Part shown: positions 1-11,310 of the stretch, one piece after another
Position numbering within the stretch: position 1 is the stretch's first letter
Layout of the letters: each line of letters opens with the position of its first letter
Assembly (NCBI GenBank): GCA_963705255.1
Contig: OY970061.1
Location: 2,112,001 to 2,176,000 of the forward strand
Direction: 5' to 3'
DNA from: an uncultured Methanoregulaceae archaeon
Lineage (GTDB): Archaea; Halobacteriota; Methanomicrobia; Methanomicrobiales; Methanospirillaceae
DNA: 64,000 bases
Position numbers and translations under genes: made by a program
Notes under the pieces: generated by a model
Told to the model about the DNA's origin: nothing
Database searches by the model: none
Seen by the model: the letters and a program-made list of their open reading frames with translations, nothing else

Positions 1-1
1 C

Positions 2-121
2 GTCCAGCAGCTCCGTGGCGATGCAGGCAGGCGCCAGATCGAAGGCGCAAAGGTCGGCATGACCCACAACGTTGGCGGCACCGGTGCAACGGTTGCCGTG
101 CATATCCTCGGGAGGGTATAA
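2..121 (+). CDS. Thiolase (acetyl-CoA acetyltransferase), 3' end only
   Basis: Manual frame-2 translation gives [39 protein letters not shown], the archaeal thiolase C-terminal HNxGG motif. It sits directly upstream of DUF35. Confidence 0.85.
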   Translation, partial: VQQLRGDAGRRQIEGAKVGMTHNVGGTGATVAVHILGRV

Positions 122-122
122 C

Positions 123-514
123 ATGACCGTTGCACGATTCTGGAGAAAGATCCCGCAGCGGTACAACCTTGTGGGCACGAAGTGCGAGACCTGCGGGCGG
201 CACTTCTTCCCCCCGAGGACATTCTGCCCCGACTGCCGCAGGACCGGGAAGATCGTAGATCACAAGTTCTCCGGGAAGGGGACCGTGGTGACCTATACCA
301 TCATCCAGACAGCCCCCGACCAGTTCGCCTCCCCCGGGCCGTACGTGCTTGCTATCATCAGGCTCGATGAAGGCCCCGGATGACGACCCAGATCATCTGC
401 GACCCGAAAGACGCGAAAATCGGCATGAAGGTCAAAGGCGTCTTCCGCCGGATCGCCACGGATGGCGAGAGCGGCATCATCCACTACGGTACGAAGTTCG
501 TGCCGGTGGAGTAA
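123..514 (+). CDS. DUF35 Zn-ribbon/OB-fold protein (thiolase/HMG-CoA synthase scaffold), frameshift near 378
   Basis: CETCG...FPPR..CPDC motif; continues in another frame as MTTQIICDPKDAKIGMKVKGVFRRIATDGESGIIHYGTKFVPVE*. Confidence 0.85.
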
Positions 515-830
515 ACTTCTATTTTATTGCTGACAATACGGGATAGTTCCCGACCGGGATTCTCCGCGATTCAATCGAAACTTGTGATACCCGTTAATCT
601 ACTGCTGGATTTTCCCATCATGGGTAGGTGTAGTGTAAAGTGACATCGTGTCCTTTCTTAATGATCTAAAACGCTATGGGACTATGAACAATCATCCAGG
701 CATGTGAATTTTTATCTCCCAATTTCCCACCACCAGATCCAATTTTAGATACGGTTGAGAATGAAAAAGAAAAGTAAAGATTCTGTTATTAGAAGAAATG
801 GCAGAAGAAGAGGGGTAAGGTCTCATTTGC

Positions 831-1682
831 ATGAGTTGTTCTCGTAAAGTTCCAGTGAAAATAAAAGAAGAGTTGATCAAGGAGGCAGGAGGCAAATGCG
901 CTAATCCAGGATGCCCCAATACTCTAACTGTATTTCATCATATTCATGAATGGCATGTCTGTCTTACTCATGATAAGAAGACAATGATTGCAATATGCCC
1001 CGCATGCCATCATCAAGTACATTGGGGATCTATTAGAATTACTGACGATACAATATATGCATGGAAAGCCATAAAACGACCTCCCGACATGCGTCCTGTC
1101 GGTCAGATTTACATTGAACCTCAACAACCAATCAAATTATTAGTGGGATCAATGGCCGTGACGGGGCAAAAAGGCGCAATAATTTTACGTTTTAGTAAAA
1201 ATCAAAAATTAAGTTTTAAAGTGATAGATAACGATCTTTGTTCGTTGAATATATCAGTATCCGATCTCGATGATCAAAAAGTAATCCGTATAACTGATAA
1301 TTATGTTAAAGAATATCAAACAAATAAAATACACTACGAGAAACGGACGGGTAAAATCACATTAAAAACCTTTAATATTCAACAATTTATCCCAGATTGG
1401 TTACTCCAAGAAATTTTAAAATTTTACCCTGAGTATGAAAAGAATTTGCCGTTTACATTATTTGATTTAGAAGTCGTTAAACCCGGAATGGTTAAAGTTC
1501 AAGGGGTATGGTCAACATCAAACCAAGCAATAGTAATTACTCAAGATCAGATAATTTTCTCCCCTCATCCAACAATAGGGCCCACCGTTGCTATTAAGGG
1601 AATGGGGGAAAACACCATTATTAATTGCGTTGGTCCGCTTACAATTCCCTTATTTAATCCTGCAAGCCTAAAGTGCGGGTAA
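831..1682 (+). CDS. HNH endonuclease domain protein, AT-rich
   Basis: CANPGC...FHHIHEW...H...ICPACHHQVH HNH motif; low GC relative to flanks. Confidence 0.8.
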   Translation: MSCSRKVPVKIKEELIKEAGGKCANPGCPNTLTVFHHIHEWHVCLTHDKKTMIAICPACHHQVHWGSIRITDDTIYAWKAIKRPPDMRPVGQIYIEPQQPIKLLVGSMAVTGQKGAIILRFSKNQKLSFKVIDNDLCSLNISVSDLDDQKVIRITDNYVKEYQTNKIHYEKRTGKITLKTFNIQQFIPDWLLQEILKFYPEYEKNLPFTLFDLEVVKPGMVKVQGVWSTSNQAIVITQDQIIFSPHPTIGPTVAIKGMGENTIINCVGPLTIPLFNPASLKCG

Positions 1683-1849
1683 TCTTTCCTTCTTTCCTAT
1701 ATTAGAAAGTGGGTTCAATTGCCATAGATTTGCCAGTTATAAGTTCCACGGTTTGGACACGGTGTCACTTTACACTACAGGTACCCTCCCCCTTTTGTGA
1801 TGTACTGAGATGTACCTTGGCCGACGGAGCCTATCCAATATTGGGAGAG

Positions 1850-2095
1850 GAAAGGGCATGTGGGGGTACCCCCTAGGGGGTTGGCAGAATTCGCCTTTCA
1901 TGGAGTGGATGAACGAGAAATTCAGGAGAGGTTTGACGCTCAAGGGGGCATCGCCCCCGCCGCGTGGGCTCCCCCAATAGCGATAGTTTTGATTCAAGGT
2001 AATGAGTAGCGCAAAACCCGACGAGGATCAGTCGTCGTACAGCGAGGACTGATTTGAGAAGCCATCAGGCTTCGAGGCGTTTTGCGCGTAAGGCA
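1850..2095. repeat. Intergenic REP/MITE-like palindromic repeats
   Basis: CGCCCCCGCCGC...TCCCCC..ATAG.GATAGTT (~1952-1990) recurs at ~4455-4493. A CGCAAAAC...GGCGTTTTGCG.GTAAG hairpin unit (~2010-2092) recurs at ~4661-4731. Confidence 0.55.
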
Positions 2096-2136
2096 TCGCA
2101 ATAAAAACAGAATTGGATTTTTCGTTATCGGGAAAA

Positions 2137-3052
2137 TTAACCATTAATCTGAATATCATACACCGCATGCCACTGCGCCGGCGAGTACGAGCGCACAACT
2201 CTTTCAGAAACAATCCTTCCGCCAAACTCTTCAATCCGGTGTGTGTGCTCCCCTTCCCGCGACACCAGCGAGTAAAAGTGAATTGCGCCACCCGGCCGGC
2301 AGAGCAGAAACGCTTCCGGCAAAAATTCCGTGCCGGCAAGGGGCAGGTTCATCACGATCCGGTCGAATTTCCATGGAAGTAACCCTGACCAACCGCCGTG
2401 CGTCTGCGAGCATCGGGAGTACATTCCTGGTCCGGTTCTGTGCGATATTCTCCAGCATCAGTCCGATTGCCTGCGGATTGAGATCAGACGCGACCACGAG
2501 CTCAGCCCGGGCTGCAAGGGTGATGGCAAACGGCCCGACACCAGCGAACATATCGAGGATTGTTTCTCCTTCCCGTACTTGGGCAAGGACGCGCTGCCGC
2601 TCGGTGGAGAGGCGGGCGGAGAAATAGGCACCGGCAAGGTCAACCGCGAACCGGTGCCCGTGCTCGGTTATCTCTGTCCGGGTGGTCTTCCTTCCAGCAA
2701 GTACCGTGAACTCCCGGGTACGGTACTCGCCGCGCACCTCACCTCTGGCAAAGACCACCGTGTGGAGCGAAGGGCGCGACGCAAGCAGTCTCTCCGCTCC
2801 TTCAGGGTCTTCTTCCTGCAGGATCGCGATCCCCCCCACCAGTTCGTGGCGGGGAAGCGGTTCCCGGCCCGGGTGTGCCTCGAACTCGCGCCACTCCGCA
2901 CCTTCGCGCTTGTCGAGGACCGGCAATATGAGCGATTCCCCGTCCCGCAGCACCCTGAGCGAGAGGTCGAGCGCGCCCTCGTGTATCAGCGCCTGCCGCA
3001 TTTCCTCCCCCTGCCGGGCCGGCACCCGGACGCCCCACTGCGGGACCGTCAT
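2137..3052 (-). CDS. Met-10/Trm5-family SAM-dependent tRNA methyltransferase, frameshift near 2385
   Basis: YFSARLSTER and DMFAGVGPF motifs; C-terminal FDRIVMNLP in the 2137..2424 ORF. Confidence 0.8.
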
Positions 3053-3096
3053 CCTGACCACGTGTATCATATCAGTATAAGTGCTAACCATTAATC

Positions 3097-4374
3097 ATGG
3101 CTGATGATGCGGAGGGCCGCTCTGGAGCTGGCAGCGGTGCAAAGTCAGGTCACGACAGGGACAGGGATACTATTATTCACCAGCGGCTCAGGGACGGGAC
3201 ACTGAAACTCTATGAACTCGAGAAGGAACTCACCCCGATCGATGCAATCCGGGTGCGGCGGGAATTCATCCAGGAAGAGACCGGCACGACTCTCGAAAAT
3301 GTCGGCATCCTCTCGATCGATGTCGAGCGGGTAGTAAAGCGGAACTGCGAGAACATGATCGGTGTCGTACAGGTGCCGCTCGGGGTTGCCGGGCCGGTTC
3401 TCATAAACGGGGGCTATGCTACCGGGAACTACTGGCTCCCGCTCGCGACAACGGAAGGAGCGCTTATCGCTTCGGTCAACCGTGGGTGCAGCGCGATAAC
3501 AAAAGCCGGCGGCGCTGAAGTCCGGGTCCTCCACGACGGCATGACCCGGGCGCCGGTCTTCTCGACCGACAGCGTGGGCCACGCGACGCAGGTCGGCGAC
3601 TGGGTGAAGGTCCACTACGACGAGCTGAAAGCCGCGGCGGAGAGTACCACTTCCCACGGTAAACTGACTGGCATCGTCACATTCGTTGCGGGAACAAGCG
3701 TTTACGTACGGATGGAATTCGATACCAAAGACGCGATGGGCATGAACATGGTGACCATCGCAAGTGCCAAGGTCGCCGACCTGATTGCACAGGGCACGGG
3801 CGCAAAACTGATCGCCCTCTCGGGCAATATGTGCTCAGATAAGAAACCCGCGGCAATCAACAGCATCATGGGACGGGGCCGGAGCGTTGTCGCCGGTGTT
3901 GCCCTCACCCACGAGCTGATCAAAGTGGTTTTCAAGACCGATGCAAAGACCATGTTCGAGGTGAACTATCGGAAGAACCTTGTCGGCTCTGCCCGGGCCG
4001 GCGCCATGGGGTTCAACGCCCATGCCGCGAATGTCACGGCAGCGATGTTCATCGCCTGCGGCCAGGACGCGGCGCACGCGATCGACGGCAGCACCTGCAT
4101 CACAACCGTCGATCTTACAGAAACCGGCGTGTATGTGGCGGTCACCCTTCCCTCGCTGCCGGTCGGAACCATAGGCGGCGGGACCGCTGTCGATACCCAG
4201 CAGGAATGCCTGAAGCTGCTCGGCGTTGCCGGCAGCGGGACCCCTCCTGGCACCAATGCAAAGAAACTGGCCGAGATCATCGGCGCGGCAGTCCTTGCCG
4301 GGGAACTTTCCCTTCTGGGTGCGCTTGCCGCCCAGCACCTTGCCCGCGCCCACCAGCAGCTGGGGCGGGGATGA
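3097..4374 (+). CDS. hmgA: HMG-CoA reductase (NADPH, class I)
   Basis: CENMIG, PLATTEGAL, DAMGMNM, GNMCSDKKP and GELSLL motifs. Confidence 0.97.
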   Translation: MADDAEGRSGAGSGAKSGHDRDRDTIIHQRLRDGTLKLYELEKELTPIDAIRVRREFIQEETGTTLENVGILSIDVERVVKRNCENMIGVVQVPLGVAGPVLINGGYATGNYWLPLATTEGALIASVNRGCSAITKAGGAEVRVLHDGMTRAPVFSTDSVGHATQVGDWVKVHYDELKAAAESTTSHGKLTGIVTFVAGTSVYVRMEFDTKDAMGMNMVTIASAKVADLIAQGTGAKLIALSGNMCSDKKPAAINSIMGRGRSVVAGVALTHELIKVVFKTDAKTMFEVNYRKNLVGSARAGAMGFNAHAANVTAAMFIACGQDAAHAIDGSTCITTVDLTETGVYVAVTLPSLPVGTIGGGTAVDTQQECLKLLGVAGSGTPPGTNAKKLAEIIGAAVLAGELSLLGALAAQHLARAHQQLGRG

Positions 4375-4391
4375 AAAAAACATTTTTTTAA

Positions 4392-4731
4392 GGCTCTGTT
4401 GAGCTCCTCAGAGAAACAGCAGTCGCTCTTGGGGGATCCAGCACTTCATGCTTCCGCCCCCGCCGCTCGGGCATCCCCCATATAGGGATAGTTCCTCAGA
4501 AGGTTGATGAAAAACCACCGAAAAACGGGAGGCAAGGGGATGCTCCCCTTGGGATGCCTCCCCGCTGGGGGAGAGAGGGGGTCATCCTCCTGACCATAGC
4601 AGAGTATACGCAAATGATTAGAAAAATAGGATTTCAACAAAACCGTTTTAAATAGAACTTTCGCCAAACCGATCGAGGACCGGGTAGGATCCCTGTCAGT
4701 GTAAAACACGGCAAGGCGTTTTGCGTGTAAG
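4392..4731. repeat. MITE-like element plus hairpin repeat
   Basis: Imperfect terminal inverted repeats GGCTCTGTTGA (4392) and TCAACAAAACC (to 4644); no transposase; internal motifs shared with 1850-2095. Confidence 0.5.
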
Positions 4732-4788
4732 GGAATCAGGATCGAAGGAAGAATGATGCCCGGGTATTCCGGGTCAATTGGCCTGTCT

Positions 4789-5301
4789 TCAGAATCTGAA
4801 CCATCTCATCATGACGAGGGCATCTTCCCCATCGGCATAATAGTGCTCGATCCCGAAGACTTCCCGGTAACCGAGACTGCGGTAGAACCTCTGCGCTGCC
4901 GTGTTGGAAACCCGCACTTCAAGCTGGACCCCGGTTGCCAGTTCCAGCGCAAACTGGTGCTCGACCCGCCGCACGAGCAGCTTCCCCACACCCCTGTGAC
5001 GGTACCGGGGGCTGACGCCAAGATTGCAGAGGTGCCCGTAGATGTTCTCCCCGGTATCTTCGAGTCCGCCCACGACAAAACCTGCCACCATCCCGTCGCA
5101 GACTGCGACAAAATACGTGGTGGGGTAGTAGGTGAGCGCTTCAAGGAACACGGACTGCTCCCAGGGATCGATGAAGGAGTCCTTCTCTATCGCCACGATT
5201 GCCGCAATGTCTGAAGGAACTGCCCGCCGGATCTGCGGCAGGGAATAGGTGGCAAGGTCGTGGGGTCGTATCATCGGGGTCTCCTCAGCAGTACCACTCA
5301 T
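4789..5301 (-). CDS. rimI: RimI/Ard1-like N-terminal acetyltransferase (GNAT)
   Basis: YRHRGVGK motif A, LEVRVSN..A..FY, YY.DGEDALVM. Confidence 0.9.
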   Translation of the reverse strand: MSGTAEETPMIRPHDLATYSLPQIRRAVPSDIAAIVAIEKDSFIDPWEQSVFLEALTYYPTTYFVAVCDGMVAGFVVGGLEDTGENIYGHLCNLGVSPRYRHRGVGKLLVRRVEHQFALELATGVQLEVRVSNTAAQRFYRSLGYREVFGIEHYYADGEDALVMMRWFRF

Positions 5302-5434
5302 GAGCGCCCGGGAATCATAGTATTTGTCCTGCAGGAAGCCGGGTCCGGTAGGAGTTTCAGGTCTTTGGCTATATATGGGATCACGCCCAACTATGAGAGC
5401 AAGTCAGCGTCTCCCTGGCGGGGCAGGGTCTGGT

Positions 5435-6701
5435 ATGGTGAAGATTTATCGATTTGCAGGAGTGCGGCCCGAACCATCTGCCGCACCGGAGATCGCGGCA
5501 GTCCCGTACGATGTTGTGACTGCGGATGAAGCTCGTGCAATCATTGCCAGAAACCCGCAGAGCTTCCTGCGCGTGAGCAGATCGGACGCGGAACTCCCCG
5601 ACCTCTCTCCCCATGACGAGCGTGTGTACCAGCGGGCGCGCGACAATTTCCTGGCGTTGGAACATGACGGACGCATAAACAAAGATCCTGTCCCCGGCAT
5701 GTACATCTACCGTGTACAGCAGGACGGCGACACATTTTTCGGGCTCTTCTGCTGCCTGGATGTGGACGATTACCGGAACAACATTATCCGCAGGCACGAA
5801 TTGACGCGGTATGACAAGGAAGAAGACAGGACCCGGCATATCGAAGCCACAAGGACCCACAACGGCCCGGTCGTGCTGCTCTACCGGAACCATGATGATA
5901 TCCTCTCGTTCATCGAATCGCAGGTCGCAGCCGCGGACGGCCCCGTTGCCGAAGTGCGGACCGGTCAGGGAGCGCTCCACCAGGTGTTCCGGATTACGGA
6001 TGACAAGGTACTCACCCGGCTCGAACGTCAGTTCTCAGCATTGCCATCCCTGTATATCGCGGACGGGCACCACCGCGCAAAAGCGGCGGTGAACGTTGCC
6101 GACCGCATAATCGCAGCCGGGAGGACACCTGATGAAGAGGCCTGCCGTTTCATGGGGGTCATTTTTGCCCACGATTGCGTGAAGATCCATGGCTACAGCC
6201 GGTTGCTCGCCGACCTTGGGCGGTTTACGCACGAAACATTTCTGGAAGAACTGAAAAAATTCTTTGAGGTCAGGTCCTATGGACCGGTCAAAGGCGGCGG
6301 GTACAACATCCCGCCGAAGATCAAACGTCCGGAGCACTACCATGTCATGCACATGTACCCTGGCCGGCCGGTGGTACGAGTGCACCCGCCCGCTGGAGAA
6401 AGGGGCGGCACTTCTTGATCTCCTGGACGTGGCCGTCCTCCAGAAATACGTCCTTGAGGGGATGCTCGGCATCACCGATCCCCGCGGGGATGCACGCCTC
6501 CAGTATCTCGGAGGGGCGAGGCCGGTTGCCGACCTCGAAAGGCTTGTGGACACTGGGGAATATGTGCTCGCATTTGCCATGCAGCCGGTCAGGGTCGAAA
6601 CAGTCCTTTCCATTGCCGACGCCGGTGGCGTAATGCCCCCGAAGTCGACGTGGTTCGAGCCCAAGCTCCTGAGCGGGCTGGTCATCCATACATTCGGGTG
6701 A
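5435..6701 (+). CDS. DUF1015 family protein, frameshift near 6360
   Basis: PYDVV, HELTR, YIADGHHR, and C-terminal MPPKSTWFEPKLLSGL in a second frame. Confidence 0.85.
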
Positions 6702-6749
6702 CCCGCCTACCTATTCCTTTAACGTTTTTTACGGAGAATATTTTACGGT

Positions 6750-7624
6750 ATGATCACCATCGCACTTCCCAAGGGCAGCCTCGAGGCCCAGACACTCCAG
6801 CTCTTCAGGGAGGCGGACCTCGAGGTCAGGCGCACGGACCGCGATTACAACCCCCGCATAGCGGACAGCCGCATCGGTAAGATCAAGATCCTCCGCCCGC
6901 AGGAGATCCCGACCTACGTGGAAAAAGGGTATTTTGACCTTGGCATTTCCGGGCTCGACTGGGTACAGGAGACCGGGTCCGATGTTGTGGAGGTGGCCGA
7001 CCTTTCGTACAGCAAGACCGGCGAGGGGAACGTCAAGATCGTCGTGGCGGTCCACCGCGACGAGCCGGTCGGTGATGTCAGCCAAATCCGCCCGGACAGC
7101 AGGGTGACAACGGAATACCCGGAACTCACGAGAAAGTTTTTTGAGCGGTCTGAACATCCCCGTCCAGCTCTTCCACTCGGTACGGGGCATCGGAGGCGAA
7201 AGTGCCCGACCTGATGGACGTGGTCGTCGACCTCACCGAAACGGGGACAACGCTGCGCAAGAACGGGCTCAAGATCATCGGCCAGATCATGGAGTCCCAC
7301 ACGGTCATTATTGCCAACAGGGAGAGCTGGGCAGATCCCGGGAAGCGCCGGGAGATTGAGGAGATAAAGACCCTGCTCTTCGGTGTGATCGAAGCACGGC
7401 ACAAGGTGCTCCTGACCATGAACGTACCGACCCACGCCATGGAGCACCTGATCGCTGCGCTGCCGGCCATGAAAAAACCCACGATAAGCCGGCTGCACGG
7501 CATCGATTATTACAGCATCCAGACCGTAGTCCAGAAAAATGCAGTCAACCAGCTCATCCCCCGGCTCAAAGAGTGCGGGGCAGAAGATATCCTTGAGATC
7601 CCGATCTCAAAGATCGTACCCTGA
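6750..7624 (+). CDS. hisG: ATP phosphoribosyltransferase (long form), frameshifted around 7140-7200
   Basis: IALPKGSL, RPQEIP.YV..G.FDLGISG.DW, VVDLTETGTTLRKNGL, and C-terminal GAEDILEIPI. Confidence 0.92.
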
Positions 7625-7861
7625 TACCTGGATACCGCTGACCCGGTTCCCTTTTTCCATCGGTACTTACATAACAACTTCCGGTTGTGCAGGAGCCAGC
7701 TTCCCGCGATCGTTTTGCAATACCCCAGGAAAATGCATAAGCGGCACCGGATCTCCATTCCGGTTAGAAATCCAAACCAAATTATTTTCCCATGTCAGGT
7801 TCATATTGCTGTAAGGACGCCCATGCACATACGAACATCCCCGTTTCCGTCCGACACCCTG

Positions 7862-9088
7862 ATGGCGATAGAGATCGATGCAAAAAAAACCGGGGTGCAT
7901 TCCACGTGTCAGCTCCTGAACGAGCCCCGTTCCCGGCAAAAACCGTCATCTGGCAGATGCAATCGTCTCTCCGTGAGAGAGGATGCAAATCTTTCCCTTG
8001 ATTTCCTGGTGGGCTTTACGGTATTTATCGTAGCCTTCATTTACGTGGCAACCCTCATACCCGGCCTCCTGCTTGATATCCAGAATAAGAATATTGATTA
8101 TAGCGGTGTTGCTTACCGTACAGGAGTCATCCTAACCGAAGACCCCGGATCTCCGAGCTCATGGGAGAGCCAGGCAATGTATTCTGATTACTTCATCAAT
8201 ACCAATAACATCCGGTTGGGTCTCGCGGTCTCCAAAGATACGCCGAATGTACTGTCCATCCAGAAAATAAACCGGTTTTATTGCAGTACTACCTTTAATT
8301 CACCGCAGGAGTACCTCTCGCGGGTGATATTTGGTGACTATCCCTATATGTTTAATATCTCGCTGCAGATAACCGGTGAAAATGCAACGCGGTCGGTTGG
8401 CGAAATACTACCCGATAAGTACGGCTACATCCGCAGGGTCGTGAAAGTGAAGAGCTCCAGTAATGTTACAATCGGACTGCCTGTCATTACTGCTTTGAAC
8501 ATGATCTCCACGGATAATGTGACTACGCATCCTTTCACCGTGCTTTTCAACTCCACCGACCTGCTTGCCAATACGTCAAATCCCGCGTGTAATAACCCGT
8601 TGTATCAGATCAACCTCTGGCAGGATCAGATGATGGTCAACCTGACCGATCTGCATCAGACGATGAGGAATTCAACCTACACGAATGCCAACCTTGTCAG
8701 CGTGACCATCCTCCGGGCACAGCAGTCCCAGCCGTACCCGAACCCTTCGATCTCTACGGTCGAAATATTCGACAGTACCAACCCGCCGGGAGGGGTCCCG
8801 CCGTTGTTCCTGTACGTTGATGGCAATTCCACACCTCAACTATCGCTGCCGGTCACCGTTGTTGATAATGTCTCGCTCATCCTCTCACCGGGATTCTTCT
8901 ACAATATGGGCTATAATACCAACAATCAACTGGATCAGCAGACCCAGTTATATGTGAAATATACTTTTAATCTTACTCAGCCTGATCACTACCTGAACAA
9001 CACGGTACCCGGTCCATTTGCGTATACCTATTCTGATGTCACACCGTCGACATTCAGAGACGGTGTCATGGAGGTTGCCGTATGGTAG
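7862..9088 (+). CDS. Archaeal pilin-like protein (class III signal peptide), large
   Basis: EDA|NLSLDFLVGFTVFIV hydrophobic N-terminus; N-glycosylation-rich body; C-terminal EVAVW. Confidence 0.65.
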   Translation: MAIEIDAKKTGVHSTCQLLNEPRSRQKPSSGRCNRLSVREDANLSLDFLVGFTVFIVAFIYVATLIPGLLLDIQNKNIDYSGVAYRTGVILTEDPGSPSSWESQAMYSDYFINTNNIRLGLAVSKDTPNVLSIQKINRFYCSTTFNSPQEYLSRVIFGDYPYMFNISLQITGENATRSVGEILPDKYGYIRRVVKVKSSSNVTIGLPVITALNMISTDNVTTHPFTVLFNSTDLLANTSNPACNNPLYQINLWQDQMMVNLTDLHQTMRNSTYTNANLVSVTILRAQQSQPYPNPSISTVEIFDSTNPPGGVPPLFLYVDGNSTPQLSLPVTVVDNVSLILSPGFFYNMGYNTNNQLDQQTQLYVKYTFNLTQPDHYLNNTVPGPFAYTYSDVTPSTFRDGVMEVAVW

Positions 9089-9584
9089 ATGACCGGGGAC
9101 AGCTCTACACGATCGAAGGTTTCGCCGCCGCGATCATTATGGTTTTCACCGTCCTCCTCGTCCTCGGTTCGACGACGGTATATACTCCGGGCGATGCCCA
9201 CATCAGCGACCTCCAGCTGCAACAACTCGGACACGATGTCCTGTGGACCATGAGCATTCCGCCAGCCCCTGCTGCACCAAGCCCCCTCCAGCAGGATATC
9301 GGGGGGTATCAGCCCGCTGCATTCAAAACATCGTTCATGAACGGCATCAACAACAAGACCGGGTTTGAGACCGATACGCTCCAGTACAGCGCTTCGGTCA
9401 CCTGCCGTGATGCCAGCAACAACATTATCCAGACCCCGTTCGCCTCCTCCCGGAACCTGACCGGGGGGAGCATGCGGTGAGGGTGACCGAGTGGGTTCTG
9501 GTCCAGCAGACATGCCCGCTCAATTCAGGGGGAACGGCGGGTGTACACGCAATGCTGGTAGAGGTGCTTCTATGGCGCGAATGA
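9082..9584 (+). CDS. Pilin-like protein, frameshift near 9470
   Basis: DDRG|QLYTIEG class III signal; continues in another frame as VRVTEWVLV...MLVEVLLWRE*. Confidence 0.65.
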
Positions 9585-9952
9585 ATGATGATGCCCAGTG
9601 GATCATTCTCATGGGGTTCATAGTCAGTTTCAGCCTGTTCTTCCTGGCAACGGTGATCGACCAGTCGACCTTGGTAGGCCAGACAACGGCAGAAAATGTA
9701 CAGGACTTTGGAAAGAACGATATTCGCGACACGCGGGCGGTGATTATCGATGCGGTTTACACTGATCCCAATGATTTTAATTCCCCCCCTGGTGTCAGTC
9801 AGAGCATCCAGACAGACATCCAGACAATTTCCCTCGCGCGTAAAGGTGCGGTAGTGAATTATTCAAGTTCATTGAATAATCCCTACATGATTATCCAGAT
9901 TCACTATAATAATGGAGTGACCGTTTACAATGAGACCTGGACATCCCCCTGA
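9572..9952 (+). CDS. Pilin-like protein
   Basis: MNDDA|QWIILMGFIV class III signal-like N-terminus; overlaps its neighbours. Confidence 0.65.
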   Translation: MARMNDDAQWIILMGFIVSFSLFFLATVIDQSTLVGQTTAENVQDFGKNDIRDTRAVIIDAVYTDPNDFNSPPGVSQSIQTDIQTISLARKGAVVNYSSSLNNPYMIIQIHYNNGVTVYNETWTSP

Positions 9953-10391
9953 TCGGAAATCTGAAAGCGGTGTTGCAACTCTGATAGAATATGTCATGAT
10001 AACGGGCGTCTTCATGGTTCTCTTTGTTGTTATGCTCCTGCTGGTCAGTGCAAATATTATGGAGAACCCGGCCAACACCCTCAAATATTATGCGTTCACC
10101 GATATCGGCAACGGGATCTCCACAGAGATCGTCGATGTCTATAGTCTCGCTCCCCAGAACGGGACCATATCGACAAAATTCAGTATTCCGCAGGATGTTG
10201 CCGGAGAAGCCTACTCGGTAGATATCGAACCGAGCATCAACCGGAATGATCAGGATGTTATCGTATGGCGGAATTCCATATCGAGCAATACCAGCCTGAG
10301 TGGTATTATGCTCTCAGATCAGGGAACCGTTATCGGAAATACAACAAACGAGGGGATAAACATGATCTCCTATGATTCAGGAGGGTTTTAA
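9930..10391 (+). CDS. Pilin-like protein
   Basis: SESG|VATLIEYVMITG class III signal. Confidence 0.7.
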   Translation: MRPGHPPDRKSESGVATLIEYVMITGVFMVLFVVMLLLVSANIMENPANTLKYYAFTDIGNGISTEIVDVYSLAPQNGTISTKFSIPQDVAGEAYSVDIEPSINRNDQDVIVWRNSISSNTSLSGIMLSDQGTVIGNTTNEGINMISYDSGGF

Positions 10392-10393
10392 TC

Positions 10394-11182
10394 ATGTTCG
10401 CGTGCAAAAGCAATCCGTGGTCTGATGCCGGTGTTTCGGAATCGGTCGGGTTCATGATTATTTTTACGATCATTATCACGGGAATCGCGCTCGTCACCCT
10501 GTACGGTTATCCTGTGCTCCTGCAACAGCAGTCAAGTGCAAACGAGCAGGTGATGGAAAAGAATATGATCGTTCTGCAGAATGACCTCAAAAGTCTCTCG
10601 TACAGCATGGATCCGTACTCCGAGACTTCTCTGAGCATTGGCGGGGGGACGCTGTTCGTGTACAATGAATCCTACAGCCTCAGCCCCGCCACATTCAGTG
10701 TCGCGTGTAATAATGGCAATATTCTGATCCCTCCGAACTCTACAGGAAAGATACAGTATCAATCTCTCGATGCACAGACAAATATCGCGCTGGAAAACGG
10801 CGCCGTTGTGATGCGCATGACTACTATCAACGGCTCGGCAATGCTTGCAGAGCCTCGTTGGTTTTATGATGGTCCGACCAACACTGCCGCACTCTACCTG
10901 ATCAGCTTTACAACGGCATCCCCGATGGCACGGTCGGGTATCGGTACGGTCTCGATGGAGCGCGGGTATTCCAATTATTCTTCTCTTCAGGTTCCTGCAG
11001 GAACTACCTGCACGGTGAGTTATACACCGGATTCTACAGATGATTATAGTGTAGCGTGGAATAATTATTTTGCCACGACCTTCTTCCCGCCAACTTCACC
11101 GGGCGTATACCCTCTACTCGATCCCACCAGGAATGGTCAGATCGTCATCTACCAGGATAATATCAAGGTAAAATCTGTATAG
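10394..11182 (+). CDS. Pilin-like protein
   Basis: SDAG|VSESVGFMIIF class III signal; IALENGAVV motif. Confidence 0.7.
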   Translation: MFACKSNPWSDAGVSESVGFMIIFTIIITGIALVTLYGYPVLLQQQSSANEQVMEKNMIVLQNDLKSLSYSMDPYSETSLSIGGGTLFVYNESYSLSPATFSVACNNGNILIPPNSTGKIQYQSLDAQTNIALENGAVVMRMTTINGSAMLAEPRWFYDGPTNTAALYLISFTTASPMARSGIGTVSMERGYSNYSSLQVPAGTTCTVSYTPDSTDDYSVAWNNYFATTFFPPTSPGVYPLLDPTRNGQIVIYQDNIKVKSV

Positions 11183-11310
11183 TTTGAAAGAAATCGCTTT
11201 TCACTTGCAGCGAGAGTAAAAGATGATGGTAGTATTTTTCTTTGTATTTCGCGAATTTTCGGATAGGAATTAATCCCGGATACTACGTCAATAATTTTTT
11301 TAAGAGAGAT

